This document shows, piece by piece, positions 1-11,900 of a stretch of DNA of 64,000 bases (positions are counted from its first letter, which is position 1; the number at the start of each line of letters is the position of its first letter). The notes under the pieces are model-generated. The model had not been told where the DNA came from. It ran no database searches and worked only from the letters and a program-made list of their open reading frames with translations. Source of the stretch: Chiloscyllium plagiosum (Eukaryota); contig NC_057716.1 in NCBI RefSeq assembly GCF_004010195.1, positions 45,102,525 through 45,166,524 of the forward strand, in the 5' to 3' direction. Made by a program: the position numbers and the translations under genes.

Positions 1-3000
1 TAATCACAGCCCGTGCAATCCATGCCAGGATACAACATAAACCCACAAAGACCCCAAGTATTCTGGGCTCCGGTTTCAAGGTGGAACTGCATAGGCCTTC
101 ATTAAAAGTGCATTGATTCCAGATCAATCATGGATTACAATTTATAGCTTAAGAAGTAAAAATATAACATTTTAACAAGTGTATTTTAAATAAAATGCCA
201 GACTATAGGGATGGTTTTATTTATCCTTTGTGAAGTTTGATTTGTGTACCCTTGCAATTCTGTTCGAAGAACACAGTTGCGACACTGTCCAACTGACTCT
301 GTCTAAAGCTCGTAAATCTAAGGCTGCGGCAGCCATGTGACAGTCGGCAACAGAAATACTGTCTTTGTCCTGCACTAACAAATCAGGCCGTTCTTACAGT
401 ACTCGTTATGGAATAGAATGGTTTTTTGCTGCTGACTACAATGATTTTATTTTTTTTCTACTTCACCGAATATTTGTACTCTTGAAACTTTTGAAATAGA
501 ATACCCAACAGTCAAATATTTTACACTTTCACCAGGCACGATTGTGGATTATGTTCTGACAATGGAAAGTAGAAATTATTGCGTGCATCACATACTAATT
601 CATTTTTGTTGATTGTCATTTTCCAGTGCGTCTCCCTTATGACAAAATTCAGAAGATCGCGTTCTGGAAATTCGTTGGTTTGCCAAAACTACGATGATCG
701 AATTGTCTTTGAGATTGCAATAGACCATTTCCCTCGAATCTGTGCGAAGCGTTTGCATTAAGATTTACTTACTTTCACAACGAGATGCCAATATAAAGCA
801 GTGCAATAAATGGTTTAATGCAAACTGGTATTGGGAATCAGACCACCTTTTGTTGCAGAAGTTAAATGAAACATGTTTCCATGAAATTATTGATTGTAAT
901 ATTTTGTTATTATGCTGAAATTATTTGGAAATTATATTTGAGCATGGTTGGTACCGAAGATGTAATATGAGCAAAACGTTTTCGGGTAAAGTTTCTAAAT
1001 GCACAATTGGACGCTTAGCATGAATTATACATACACGCAAACAGACAGGCAGATATTCACACACACATAGATATACACACAGAGACAGATACAGTGGTGC
1101 CTGTTGAGTACTTTAGTCGGTTTAGCAAAACCACGACGACATGACGCATAATAACAAAAATTAAATAATTCGATTCTAAAACTAGAAAATGAACTGAATA
1201 GCAAATATCCGCTTTCTGGTGATTATAATTACAATGACATTACTGTTGCTCAGTTTTCTTTTTCCATATGTTCATGCTAAATTACGGATTATTAAGAAAA
1301 ATCTGCGAAATCACTTTTCATATATTGTAAAAAGTGCAGCGTGTAATAGTCACATAACTCCGAAAAATCAGCTTTATTTTAACGAAAATTATACTTGAAC
1401 AATTTTATCTCATTTAATTATTTAATGGAGGCAAATAATGCTTGATTTGCAAAGTCTGTAAAATAATTGCCTGACAAATTGGAATGAAGATGGGCGATGC
1501 ATTGAGAATTAAACAAAAGGTATTATGAACAGAATTAATGTCAAATGTTGCCTGAAAATTAGGGTAAATCTGCAAGTGCTTTGTCAATAGTTAAAATAAC
1601 ATTACTTCTTCAAAACTGATAGAATTCGAGTGTACGTACATTGCTGTTTGTGAGTTTTGACTAAAAAAGTCAATATTTAATATAGAAACATTCACAACGT
1701 TATAAAGAATATGATGAAATTGCACATGTTACGCTATCGATGCACACTCTTTGATTCTAGCTTCATTTTGAACAGCCTCGTTTTCACTTTCACAATATGT
1801 CTGTTGGTCTATACGTTAGACAGATAGACAGACATTTTGCTCGGTGTTTAATACTATTTTCAAAAACAAATAGGTGACAGATGCACAACAAATCAAGATC
1901 GCTATAACTATGGACAAAATGGATGGTCAAACTATAGTCGTTTAATCCGTTTTCACTAAAAGAAGATTGAAAGACAAATCAATTTTCAAATTCTGAATAT
2001 AAGCATACATTTCAAATGAATGCAATTTTGATGTACTGTCAAAAACAATTTAAGCAATCCTCTCTGAATATTTGATAATTGGAAAAAATACATACAAACA
2101 AACGCCTTGGGATATTGCAGAATGATACATGATCAGCTCATCTCCTGATGACAGTATCTCGCACACACAACCACCCCCCTCCAACTTTCTAGGCATACGT
2201 CTGCAGCAAGGTTTTGCAGTTAAATCGCTCATAATGAGAAAAAATTCCACAACAAAGTAAAGGAATTCAACGATTTTTGGTGATCATTCTGTTTTGTATT
2301 GTGAATTCACTTAACATGGACTGGAGCTGTTGGTTCCGAACTAAAAACATTTCCCGCATGAAGACCCCACAGTTTCTATAAAATGTGCTATCCAATTTGG
2401 GGACAACTTGCGGGAAATTAATCATCAGATGGTTGAGCTGCTAATATTTCAAACATGCAAATATAGACGCAGTTAGAATTTTTTCCTGATCCCCTGTTCA
2501 TTACAAGTATATTGAGAGCACAGTCCGATATCTATTGCAGGGCACTTATTGGAAGAGTACCACTCATTTGTGCAAAGTTCCGTCACGTGGTCAGACATCA
2601 TTTAAAATGTTGGCTAAACACATCTCCAAAATTCTGATCGCTTCTATGATTACTGCACGGAATTATTAGGATTAAGGCAATGCATATCATTCATCTCTGC
2701 ACCTAATTTTTAATACAGATGACGTCCAACTCATATCCTTGTATGCAAAATAGCAGACAGAAACAAACTGAAGCCGTCAATCATTAGCTCCCTGAGAAAA
2801 AAAACAACCAAAGTCGCGCAATTTGCAATAGCACTACTAATTATCCTACTACAACGCTACACATTCTGATTCATCTCTACTCATGGATCATATGAAAACA
2901 TATCAGCTGCCCGTGGCGAAGCTTTCATTTCAAAGACAGCCACGAATCGTAGCACTCCGTTCTATTGCGGGAAATAAATATTTAATTAATCTGCGCCACA

Positions 3001-3559
3001 GCCGCCATATGAATTCAAGTGACCACCTGGACCTGCTTAGTTCGGACCGTTTTCAAACCCGTGCTGGGGTCATTTAGCCTCAATAGCGCACAACCTCAGA
3101 AACAGTTCCCCAGAATCCAGCGAATGAAACAAACGCCTTTTTCCTGCTTTCCATTTACAGCAATATGATTTGCAACAGCAGAGCTAAAAGAGCATAGCAC
3201 TTACCCGGGTTAGGGCGCTTCCCCAATACAGTAACCAGCCTGATATTGTATTCCATTTCTACTTTTTCGATCAATAAAATAACTTGAAAAAGGTAACGCG
3301 AAAATTGAAGGGTAAATGGAAGACTGTAAACAGACGTCAGAGCTCTGTGAGAGTGATTAGGTTGCTGAATCCCAGCATGAGACGAATGACTTCCTCACAG
3401 TTGTAGGGAAAAGGACTGGACACTGCGAATACAGCAGAAAGTCTCCTTTTTTGCAAGCAGCTGGCGTCAAATACCAACGACAAAAGCAGGCAAGGGGAGA
3501 TACTGACAGAAAAGACGATTTGAGACGAGTTAGCAGCGGAATGCAGTGAAATATTCACA

Positions 3560-3710
3560 AGGGAAATCATGAAAAGGCCATGAACGCAGTTACTAGATTC
3601 ACATGACCAATGTCAGCCAATAGGATCACGGGCTCCGTCGTAAAAGGTCCATTACAAAGTTGTAAATTTTCTTCAAACAAAAAGGAATTCGCAGCAATTC
3701 CTTGCGGATT
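3560..3710 (-). promoter_or_regulatory. Promoter-like conserved non-coding element (CCAAT box + E-box + Hox/Cdx sites)
   Basis: The - strand reads AAATTTACAACTTTGTAATGGACCTTTTACGACGG...CTATTGGCTGACATTGGTCATGTGAAT. Position and content fit the cross-cluster element between PG8/7 and PG6. Confidence 0.6.
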
Positions 3711-5989
3711 TCACAAGTATAGCTAGCAAGCGCCATGTTCCCTTTAACGAGTTCTTTGCTATAGCTATTTGTTATAATATGTATTGTAACGAACGTCTTA
3801 ACTAACTATATCAGCGGAAATACCGCGACAACAGCAAGTGGAATATCAACCAATGCGGGGCGCATTCCATAGTACAGCAAACAAATCGTTACAATTTGTT
3901 TGTTCATCGCTACTTCTTTAATACATCCTATAGATGTATCAAGTGAAGACATGGGCATTTTTGAAATTAAATCTCGTGAAAACCATAATAAAGCGGTAAT
4001 ATCAAGAATATCTACTGCTGCCAGTTATATATTAGAAAACTTATTTTCGTTTCCTCCCGACTTTCTCATTCCATTCAATAAGATCTAATTAAAAGTAGAA
4101 AGCAAAATAAACTAAGCAAAAGCGTCTGCAAAATACGCAACAAAACTGCGGCGCCTTCCGTCCTTCCTTCCAATAACAATCAAAATCTCAAGGAAAGTTG
4201 TATCTTATTCGAAGCTTTGTAAGATGCATTTTGCACAGGTCAGAAACAGAACAGTAAATATATGCACATGTAGGTGCCGAATGACATGGAGCACGGCATT
4301 AAAGTTCTCGTGTCCACTGTCGGGAGAAAATGGGCATTACAAATTCTAGTGCTTCATAAGATTTGGCTTAATCGGCTAAAACAGCTTCGGCGCTGCGTTA
4401 ACAGATTAGGCGTGAATGCAAGCATTTGAATTCGTCGGTTCGGTGTATTTTTCCTTCAATGTCCGTGAGCGGGTTCGGTAATTAGGTTTCACCGTGTTGC
4501 ATGCATGGGAACTTCGAGCATTAGGAGGGAAGTATGTCTGCTGGATATTTGCTTTCCAAGTTTCTCCATTATCCCATACTTACCGCTGATTTAACTCTAG
4601 AGAAGGGCTAGCACTAGGCTGTCTTTGCTGCGGTGCTTTGAAGAGATCTTACCGTGAAAATCCAAAACGGCATCACCAGAATCGGGACGAGTTCTCATTT
4701 TTAATTTATGAAAATGATAAGACTATTATCAAGGTTACATCAAAATAACATGCATTATTAATAAAACTTTCAACAGGATAACTGGAAAAATCTTTCTGGG
4801 CTTGGAGACTGGATGGGGGAGGAAATTCGATAGCGATTTTATTCGAGACCCAAATTGATTGGGAATTGTATGCAACAATTCAGAAGCAATGCCCGTTTCA
4901 AAGTATTAATTCCACCCATAAACGTCGCCATTGTGTGCACAATTCGTTCAGTGAAAACTTGCGATTCTTCCTAGCTAATCTGAATACTTGATAAGGCCCG
5001 TTCTACCGTCATTGTACAATCCCTTCCTGATCGCTGGTATGGGGATTTGATGATTCAATTTGCAATTGGGAGCAAATGCAGAATAGCATTTAAAAATATG
5101 CATATATATCCTGTTTCACACTAATTTGTTCAACTTCAAAAGTTTTTTTAAAATGAAATTGAACATCGCAGAACAATCATACATACATTTAAAATAATCC
5201 TGGTAATATGTGAAAGACAGTCATGAAATACTTAATTTTGGACAAATATGACCCTCTCCTGTTCGAAAATGCAATTAAAAATAATTCTGTTCCAATTTAT
5301 TTAGAGTCGATTTATTCTGTAAAATTATTTCTATATTGCAATCGGATAGCTAGTTTGCTATTTAAAATAGTATACAAATTTTATTTGCGTTAAAATAAAG
5401 CATAATGCAATTAACATTAAAATGTTTAAAATTACCAATATACAGCTCCAAAACTGGGATTCCCCAACTGCTCAAATCTCTATCTTCAATTAATTAATTG
5501 TTGCTTCATATCTGACTATACCTGATATTGCGGTCGTATGACTCTGAGTTATTAACACAGAGAATTTCATTCAATTACAAGGCTGAGGTTGTTTCGAAAA
5601 TCAGAGATGTTTGTATTATCTCAGTGGATTCTCGAACTCGCCACAAAATGCAGAGTGCTATTTTTAGTTTTAAAAATAAACAACGTCTTTTAATTGTTTG
5701 TTCACGTTTGAAACACAACGTTTGCATTTTCCCCTCTAATTGTTTCCTGTTTGTTCTTATCAATTTGTCTTTATTGTTTCAGATTGGCCATGCTGTTCTT
5801 CTCCCTGTGCAAAGGTGAAGATTCGAAATTCCAGATTCTTATGGTTGAAGTTTATAAGCAACGTGCCCACTGATGTAATTAAAATTTAAATTGGCGTAAT
5901 CGCTGATAAAGAAAAAAATTCGAGAAAAGTTGGAAGGTTATTCGGCAACCAAAGATGTTGCTTTCTTCCCCAGCCTTCAAACCAGAGAA

Positions 5990-6250
5990 AAATAAAATGG
6001 AGCCAGAAGTCCACAGTTTGTTGAGTGATTTGTAGTGTTAGAACTTTTATTGTCGGTTTTACGAGATTTGCTGATATACGCGTACAGTAGACCGCAGTTT
6101 AACACCAACACTAACTTTTACAGCGTCGGCTTAGCCACACATAAGCCAGGCATGTGATCTCATTAACCAATAGTCACTGGAAAGACTTTTAACTTGGGGC
6201 ATAAATAAACTAATATTCTAATCATCGACGATATCATTAACTTTTATAAC
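5990..6250 (-). pseudogene. Remnant of a HoxD7 promoter/5'UTR (no coding region found)
   Basis: The - strand reads TGTTGGTGTTAAA...ATATCAGCAAATCTCGTAAAACCGACAATAAAAGTTCTAACACTACAAATCACTCAACAAACTGTG, matching the Hox7 5'UTR as recalled. It lies immediately 3' of HoxD8. Confidence 0.65.
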
Positions 6251-6780
6251 TACATATAAAGAATTACGCCATCTTCAGGCTTTTCCGTCCATGTAACAGC
6301 CGCGCGGCTGTATGACAGGCCTAAACCTTGTGGCTACAGAGACACAGAAACAAAAATAAAGTGCATCTGATTTCTCTGGAAAGTAGCAGCCTAGAAGCAG
6401 CCGCAGAAAACTGGCAAGAGGGTAAACCAGTGATCTCAGCTGATGGTCTCGAAATGACCAGATTGATTTTCCTTTACAGCATTTTTGTTCATTTGGAATA
6501 CTCGCGGAAAATGAAACAAGTACACAATTAAATTTAATCAACATTTATTAATTTAATCACATTCGAGCATCTTAAAAAGTGACTATTGCTGCGGAATACC
6601 TTGACATTTTTTTTGCTTGTGTTTATAATATGCGTATCAGAGATAGGTAATGGTTGAGAATTTCCAGCCGCAATACACCACCAATTATTTCACACGCACA
6701 GTAATTAAGACACATCGTAAGTGCACATTTTTTTCTATCATTAAGTGTGTTCGCAATACATTCCGAATTATTCATTCTAT

Positions 6781-6801
6781 TAGGCAGTTCATGTTGTTGG
6801 G
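6781..6801 (-). promoter_or_regulatory. miR-196 complementary site in the HoxD8 3'UTR
   Basis: The + strand reads TAGGCAGTTCATGTTGTTGGG versus miR-196a UAGGUAGUUUCAUGUUGUUGGG, so the mRNA is complementary apart from one G:U pair and a 1-nt bulge. Hox8 genes are established miR-196 targets. Confidence 0.9.
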
Positions 6802-7192
6802 TATAATCACAAAATGCTAAATAAAATCAACAAACTAAATCAATCACGATACCATCTCATATTATCGACGTATTAAAAAGCAATAAAATCTTTATTCAAA
6901 ATGGCGATTTCTTCTGTGATTTTGCCACTTGCCACTTATAATAAGGGGAGCCGCAAATTTCTATATGATGGCTGATCTGTCAAGGTGTGATTGAAAAGGT
7001 TAAAATGATGCACAGAGAATTCATGAGATATAATGTCGAATTAAGGCTCTAAAGAACTTAAAAAAAAACAGGTGGACAGTTTACATTAACCTAGCCATCA
7101 ATGTGCCGGAGATTCATTCTGTTCATCACTGTTTAACAGTGCAGTTTGGGCAAACTGAATGACGTTTTGCTTAGAGGCCAAAGGGGGTAAAG

Positions 7193-7488
7193 TTACTTGG
7201 TCTCTTTTTCTGTTGTCTCCTGCTCAGGCTCTTCCTGTTCTTTTTTGACCTCTTCCTCCTCGTCGTCGTTCCGAGAGCTTGGAAATTTGTCCTTGTTGTT
7301 TTCCTTTTTCCACTTCATTCTCCTATTTTGAAACCAAATCTTCACCTGCCTCTCTGTCAGTCCCAGAGCATGTGAAACCTCGATCCTTCGCTTTCGTGTC
7401 AGATACGGATTGAACAGAAATTCCTTTTCCAGCTCCAGGGTTTGGAATCGGCTGTAAGTTTGTCTTCCTCTGCGTCTGCCGGGCGCTG
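7193..7488 (-). CDS. hoxd8: HoxD8 exon 2 (homeobox)
   Basis: After acceptor TTTAG|CAG, translates (A)[71 protein letters not shown]...ETK*. TAA at 7195-7193. Confidence 0.95.
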
Positions 7489-7715
7489 CTAAACAACACG
7501 AGAATCACAGGAGACAGTAAATATTGGAAAATTGCACACAAGCAAATCATTACAGACTAGCAACAAGAACAACAAGCCTGGTTTTGAACGGTAATGCCAT
7601 ACAAAGAAAGTGTTGCTATAAAAGCAGACAGACTATTACAGACCGCGTTAAAACACGTTGGCGATATAACTGTGCAGTAAAACGTGAGATGGAAGCTAAT
7701 TCTAATATATCCAAC

Positions 7716-8142
7716 CTTGAGGTCTCATCCAGGGAAACATTTGAGTAGGAGACGAGTTCTGATTTAAGTGTTCTGGTTCTTCGCCAATATTACTGCTAGA
7801 CGATTTACAGTCAGGATATTGTACCAGATCGGCCTCTTGCTGTGTCGTAAAAATTTGCTGTCTTTGTAAGTTATCGTATCCGTAAAATTTAGAGGGGTCA
7901 CCATGACACGTAATTCCACAAGGATTCTGTTGAAAGCCAGCATTAGGAAGTGCAGATGTCCCATGATGGTAAAAATCTTGAACTTGAGCTGGGTGCTGGA
8001 AGCTTGCGCCGCTGCTGGGACCATAGACGACAGCGTGTCTGCTGGTCACGTCTTGTGGAAACCGGCAGTCGTAGTAAGTGGGACTCAGAGCTTCTCCTGG
8101 TTTGTACTTGGAGTAGAATGGATTAACAAAATATGAACTCAT
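7716..8142 (-). CDS. hoxd8: HoxD8 exon 1
   Basis: ATG at 8142 gives [14 protein letters not shown]...MFPWMRPQ, the PG8 N-terminus and hexapeptide. Phase-1 donor CAAG|GTTGG at 7716/7715. An in-frame upstream ATG exists at 8166. Confidence 0.95.
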
Positions 8143-8882
8143 CTGTGCAGACTCTAGAATGGCCAATGGATATCAACAAAATAAATGTTAAACAATACTG
8201 AAGTGATGTTATTGGGTTCCCCGATCTACACAGTGCTCATGATGGCAATGCAGGTCCTGTATGCACTGATGCCCCGTGGAACATACTCGCTAATACTGTA
8301 GGTACACAACTGCCTCACTGCTTTGGCTGCTTCACTTTGAAACCGCAGATCAGTTCTAAGCCAACTGGGAAGATCGTTGACTGCCGTTTACAGTTGCCGC
8401 TTTCGCGGGCAATACCTCTGTGCTGGGAAATGATATTTTTTCTCAAAAAAATGTAGAGGGCATAGAGATCGGAAAAAAAAGATAACATGCGGATTAATAT
8501 ACTGAGCACACTCTCATTACAATTAGGCGGGCCGCATCACAGAAAACATGAAATACGTGCGCCACTCAACTGAAGAGAAATGAAGCTGGCCTGGTTACAG
8601 CACAGCAATTAGATTTTAGAGCACAACAAGGTGAGACTGGTCTCAAGGTCAAAACATAGTCAAAAATGAGGGGGTGGAGGTGGTTTGGGGGCTTGGTGTT
8701 TGGGGTATGTGTGGGCGGGGGTTTGGCGGGGGAAGCCAGAGGGCTAAAAGGCTAAAGTTAGAATTAAGATCAGGGATTATTTTTATTGGCTGTTTCTGTA
8801 AATCTTGTTGGATCTACACCAATCTGTCAATCTGTCCCTCTCCGGCTTGTACTTTTAGATGTTTATTTGTACTTATATTTCT

Positions 8883-8954
8883 ACTTACAGATATACATTC
8901 ATACTTATACATATTTATACTTGCAGATTTATATTCATACCTATATATATTTAT
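8883..8954. repeat. Degenerate AT-rich tandem duplication (~36-bp unit)
   Basis: ACTTACAGATATACATTCATACTTATACATATTTAT followed by ACTTGCAGATTTATATTCATACCTATATATATTTAT. Confidence 0.7.
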
Positions 8955-11900
8955 CCTTATATATATCCCTACATTTATGCAGTTATCCCTTTATGCCAAT
9001 AGATATATCTTTATACTTGGCAAAGCAGATGTGTCTGTAATTTCCGTATGAACGGTTATCACCCTTCTATAATTCTTTATGTTAATGGGGGTATTTGGGA
9101 GCAGCTGAACAAAGCGTTCCTTGCTATTAAAAAATGTTCGCGCCATTGATACAGATTATGAAGTCTCCCTTCTCCGAAGAACGTGGAGAAATAGTTACCC
9201 TTGCCTCAGAGATATGGGTTCACTTAACTTAAACTTCGAGGTTAATTACTGGTTAATGAAAATCATGCCTATGAATACAGTTTCCATCATTTCAGCCCTG
9301 GCATACGTCATTGCCGAGGAAAAGTAGCTTAGTTCTCCAGGCAAATACAAAGTTTGCAGTGTGAGGTTGATAGTTGATCAAGAACTTAAGCATCGGGAGG
9401 AAGAGCAAGTCTGAGATTCTAGGCGTGCAGTGCCCGAACTGGTTAGCTTCAGTTGTTGATGGCTCATGAATAAAGAGAATTCCATTTTCCCCTTTTAAAC
9501 GACTGTGTTTAAAGTTTAAACGAAAAGAGTCCTTGATCTGCTAAACTTGTATTCACCGGTGAACTTTGTTCCTCACGCATCGATGGCTGTCTCAACTCGC
9601 CAGAATGCTTCAGGAAATAGCACCAGAAATATCCTTATTGGCTGCTGCACAGAAAAATTCTCCTTGCACTGCCATTAATTCAGAATACGTTCGTTCAAAA
9701 TGAGCCCAAAACGTGTAGCAGTTGTATTCCTCCCAGCAGCTCTTCATTTATTTGTTGAAATCAAAAAGCCAACTAAAAAGTCACAATTTGTACAATTTCA
9801 ATTTAATTTGACGAATTTATCCGTGAATTGCAACTAAAAGCTTCAGGTTTTCCTATTATAATTGCATGATAATTACAGATTCTGATCGTATTTATCACTA
9901 AAATCTCCGACAAACCCGCACTTTTTAATGAACGGAATATTCTCATTAATCGGTAACGCGATAAATATATTGGATATTAACGTTATTGTGTACGTACTTA
10001 TACATGGAAATTTACTCTTCGGCCACATCCTTCTTGTCGAAATGCTCACCTCATTTAAGCGCATTTACCAGGAAGGATAAATGTTACGAGCAGAATCTCT
10101 CGCCTTACTATCCTTTTTTTTGTAGAAAGCATGCAAATTAATTTACATGTTGAACAAGATTCTGAAACATAAATTGGAATGTCCACATATACCAATCGCT
10201 AATTTCAGTGTGTGTGTTTTTTAAGCTTTAGGTTACATCCTTTTTGCTTATCTGAAGGGATTACAAAACGCCTTGTCTAATTGCAACAAATGCCTCAGAA
10301 ATCCGAAAACTGAGTTCGCCACGTTGAGTTAACTAAATAATTCCACAGTCATCAACGACAAATGAATGCGTACAGCATTATTCGCAATAGTGCAATGGAG
10401 AGCGGAGTTCAAGCCTAATATAAAATAGCTAAGTACACGTGTTAACAAAAAAAGGTAGCAAGGTTTTTTTTACCGAAATCCTGGAAATATTCTCTTGTTG
10501 AGGAGATACATCATTGCTTAGATACAAATTTAGCCTTTGCGCCAACCCTCCTCATTTCTTTCTCTGTGAAATATTTTTTAAAATGTAGCCAATTTACTCC
10601 GGGACACATACGGGAGATTGTTTAACAATGGGTACTGTGTAAATCATTTTATTGTAGTTTCAAATCTGTAGCTATTGCAAATAGTACAAATTACTCATAA
10701 TTTATTAAAATGATTCGGACATAATTTTAAAAGAAATGTTGCAAGGGGAAACTGGTAAAACTGATGGCCAGCGTTTTTTTTAAACGTAGGCCGAATCCCC
10801 TTTTCGTTGCTGTTTTGAAACTGGGATGCACGAGAAAATGAATCGAAACTTACGCCGTTAAGGTCGAGAATTATACGCTTTCGTAAAATTAGCTGGGAAT
10901 GCAATCCATTTGAAGTGATATTTCTGTAGTCGCTTGTACAATTTCACTTTTCGTTACCGAATAGTGATTTCTTTAACCAATGAAAAAGAAAAAAACTCTG
11001 AAATCCTTCTTCTGGAACCCCACTCCAAAACGTAGATGACTATGATAGTAGCATTCAACATCAATCTATTGCCCAAACATCATATTTTACAGATTAGAGA
11101 AATGGGCATCACTGCAACAAAGGAGAATGCAGATGCCAAAATGGTGTGTGCTTGTGAAAGTTATAGTTGCAATCGATGTGAATTTTAATAGAAAATCGTT
11201 CACATTCTTCACGCAAGTCGTTTAAAGTCGAAAGTTCCACTTTGCCTCTATTTTGTAATAAATTTCTAAAATGTTATATGGAATCGTTTATTTTGAATTG
11301 ATTAAATGCTTACATCCGTTTGATTTAGAGCGTTTTTTTTAATTTAAGATTATAATTGTTAAGCTTGTACTTTGAAATTAGTCCAAAAAGTCAGGCTACA
11401 GATAGTACTATTATTCACGTTTTCAAAATGTGATCTGGCTATGAAAACTTATGACTTTTCTTATAACCGATTTACAGCGAATCTGTTCTCATTTACAGTT
11501 TTTTACATTGTTACAGTGGAGCGACAGCACCGCCTAGTGGACCATCCAATGAAGTACACGTGAAAACGCATTGAGACTTCTTTGGTTTTTCACGGAATCA
11601 TTCAAGAACTAGTTGACATGCTTGTAAAGAAACGAAACACAAAAAGGAGTTCCAGTGAGATCTCAATAAATGCTAAAGGTTGCTTTACATATAATTATTC
11701 AGTACTGTCACTGAAGTTTGCTTGATGTGTAGTGCACTTTGTAAAAAAAATCTCAGCGTCCATGGCTCTCCCAGTGAATCTACACGTTTAAAGGTTAGAT
11801 GATAGTTTGAAACTTTACACTTTTGCTATTGAACAGAAAACAGTTGGTCAATTCTATTTTATTTCTTTGGAAATGTTTCCGAAAACAAATGTAAGTTATA

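Noticed and set aside
2545-2600. CACGTG followed by CAAATGAGT on the - strand as a Hox start relic
   Set aside because: It continues MSGTLP with an early stop and lacks other leader motifs; likely chance.
5750-5900. Degenerate HoxD7 homeobox
   Set aside because: Only an isolated IRIW-like word on the - strand, with no recognisable homeodomain frame.
6781-6801. miR-196-like sequence on the + strand as a miRNA gene
   Set aside because: No complementary star arm nearby; it is better explained as the target site in the HoxD8 3'UTR.
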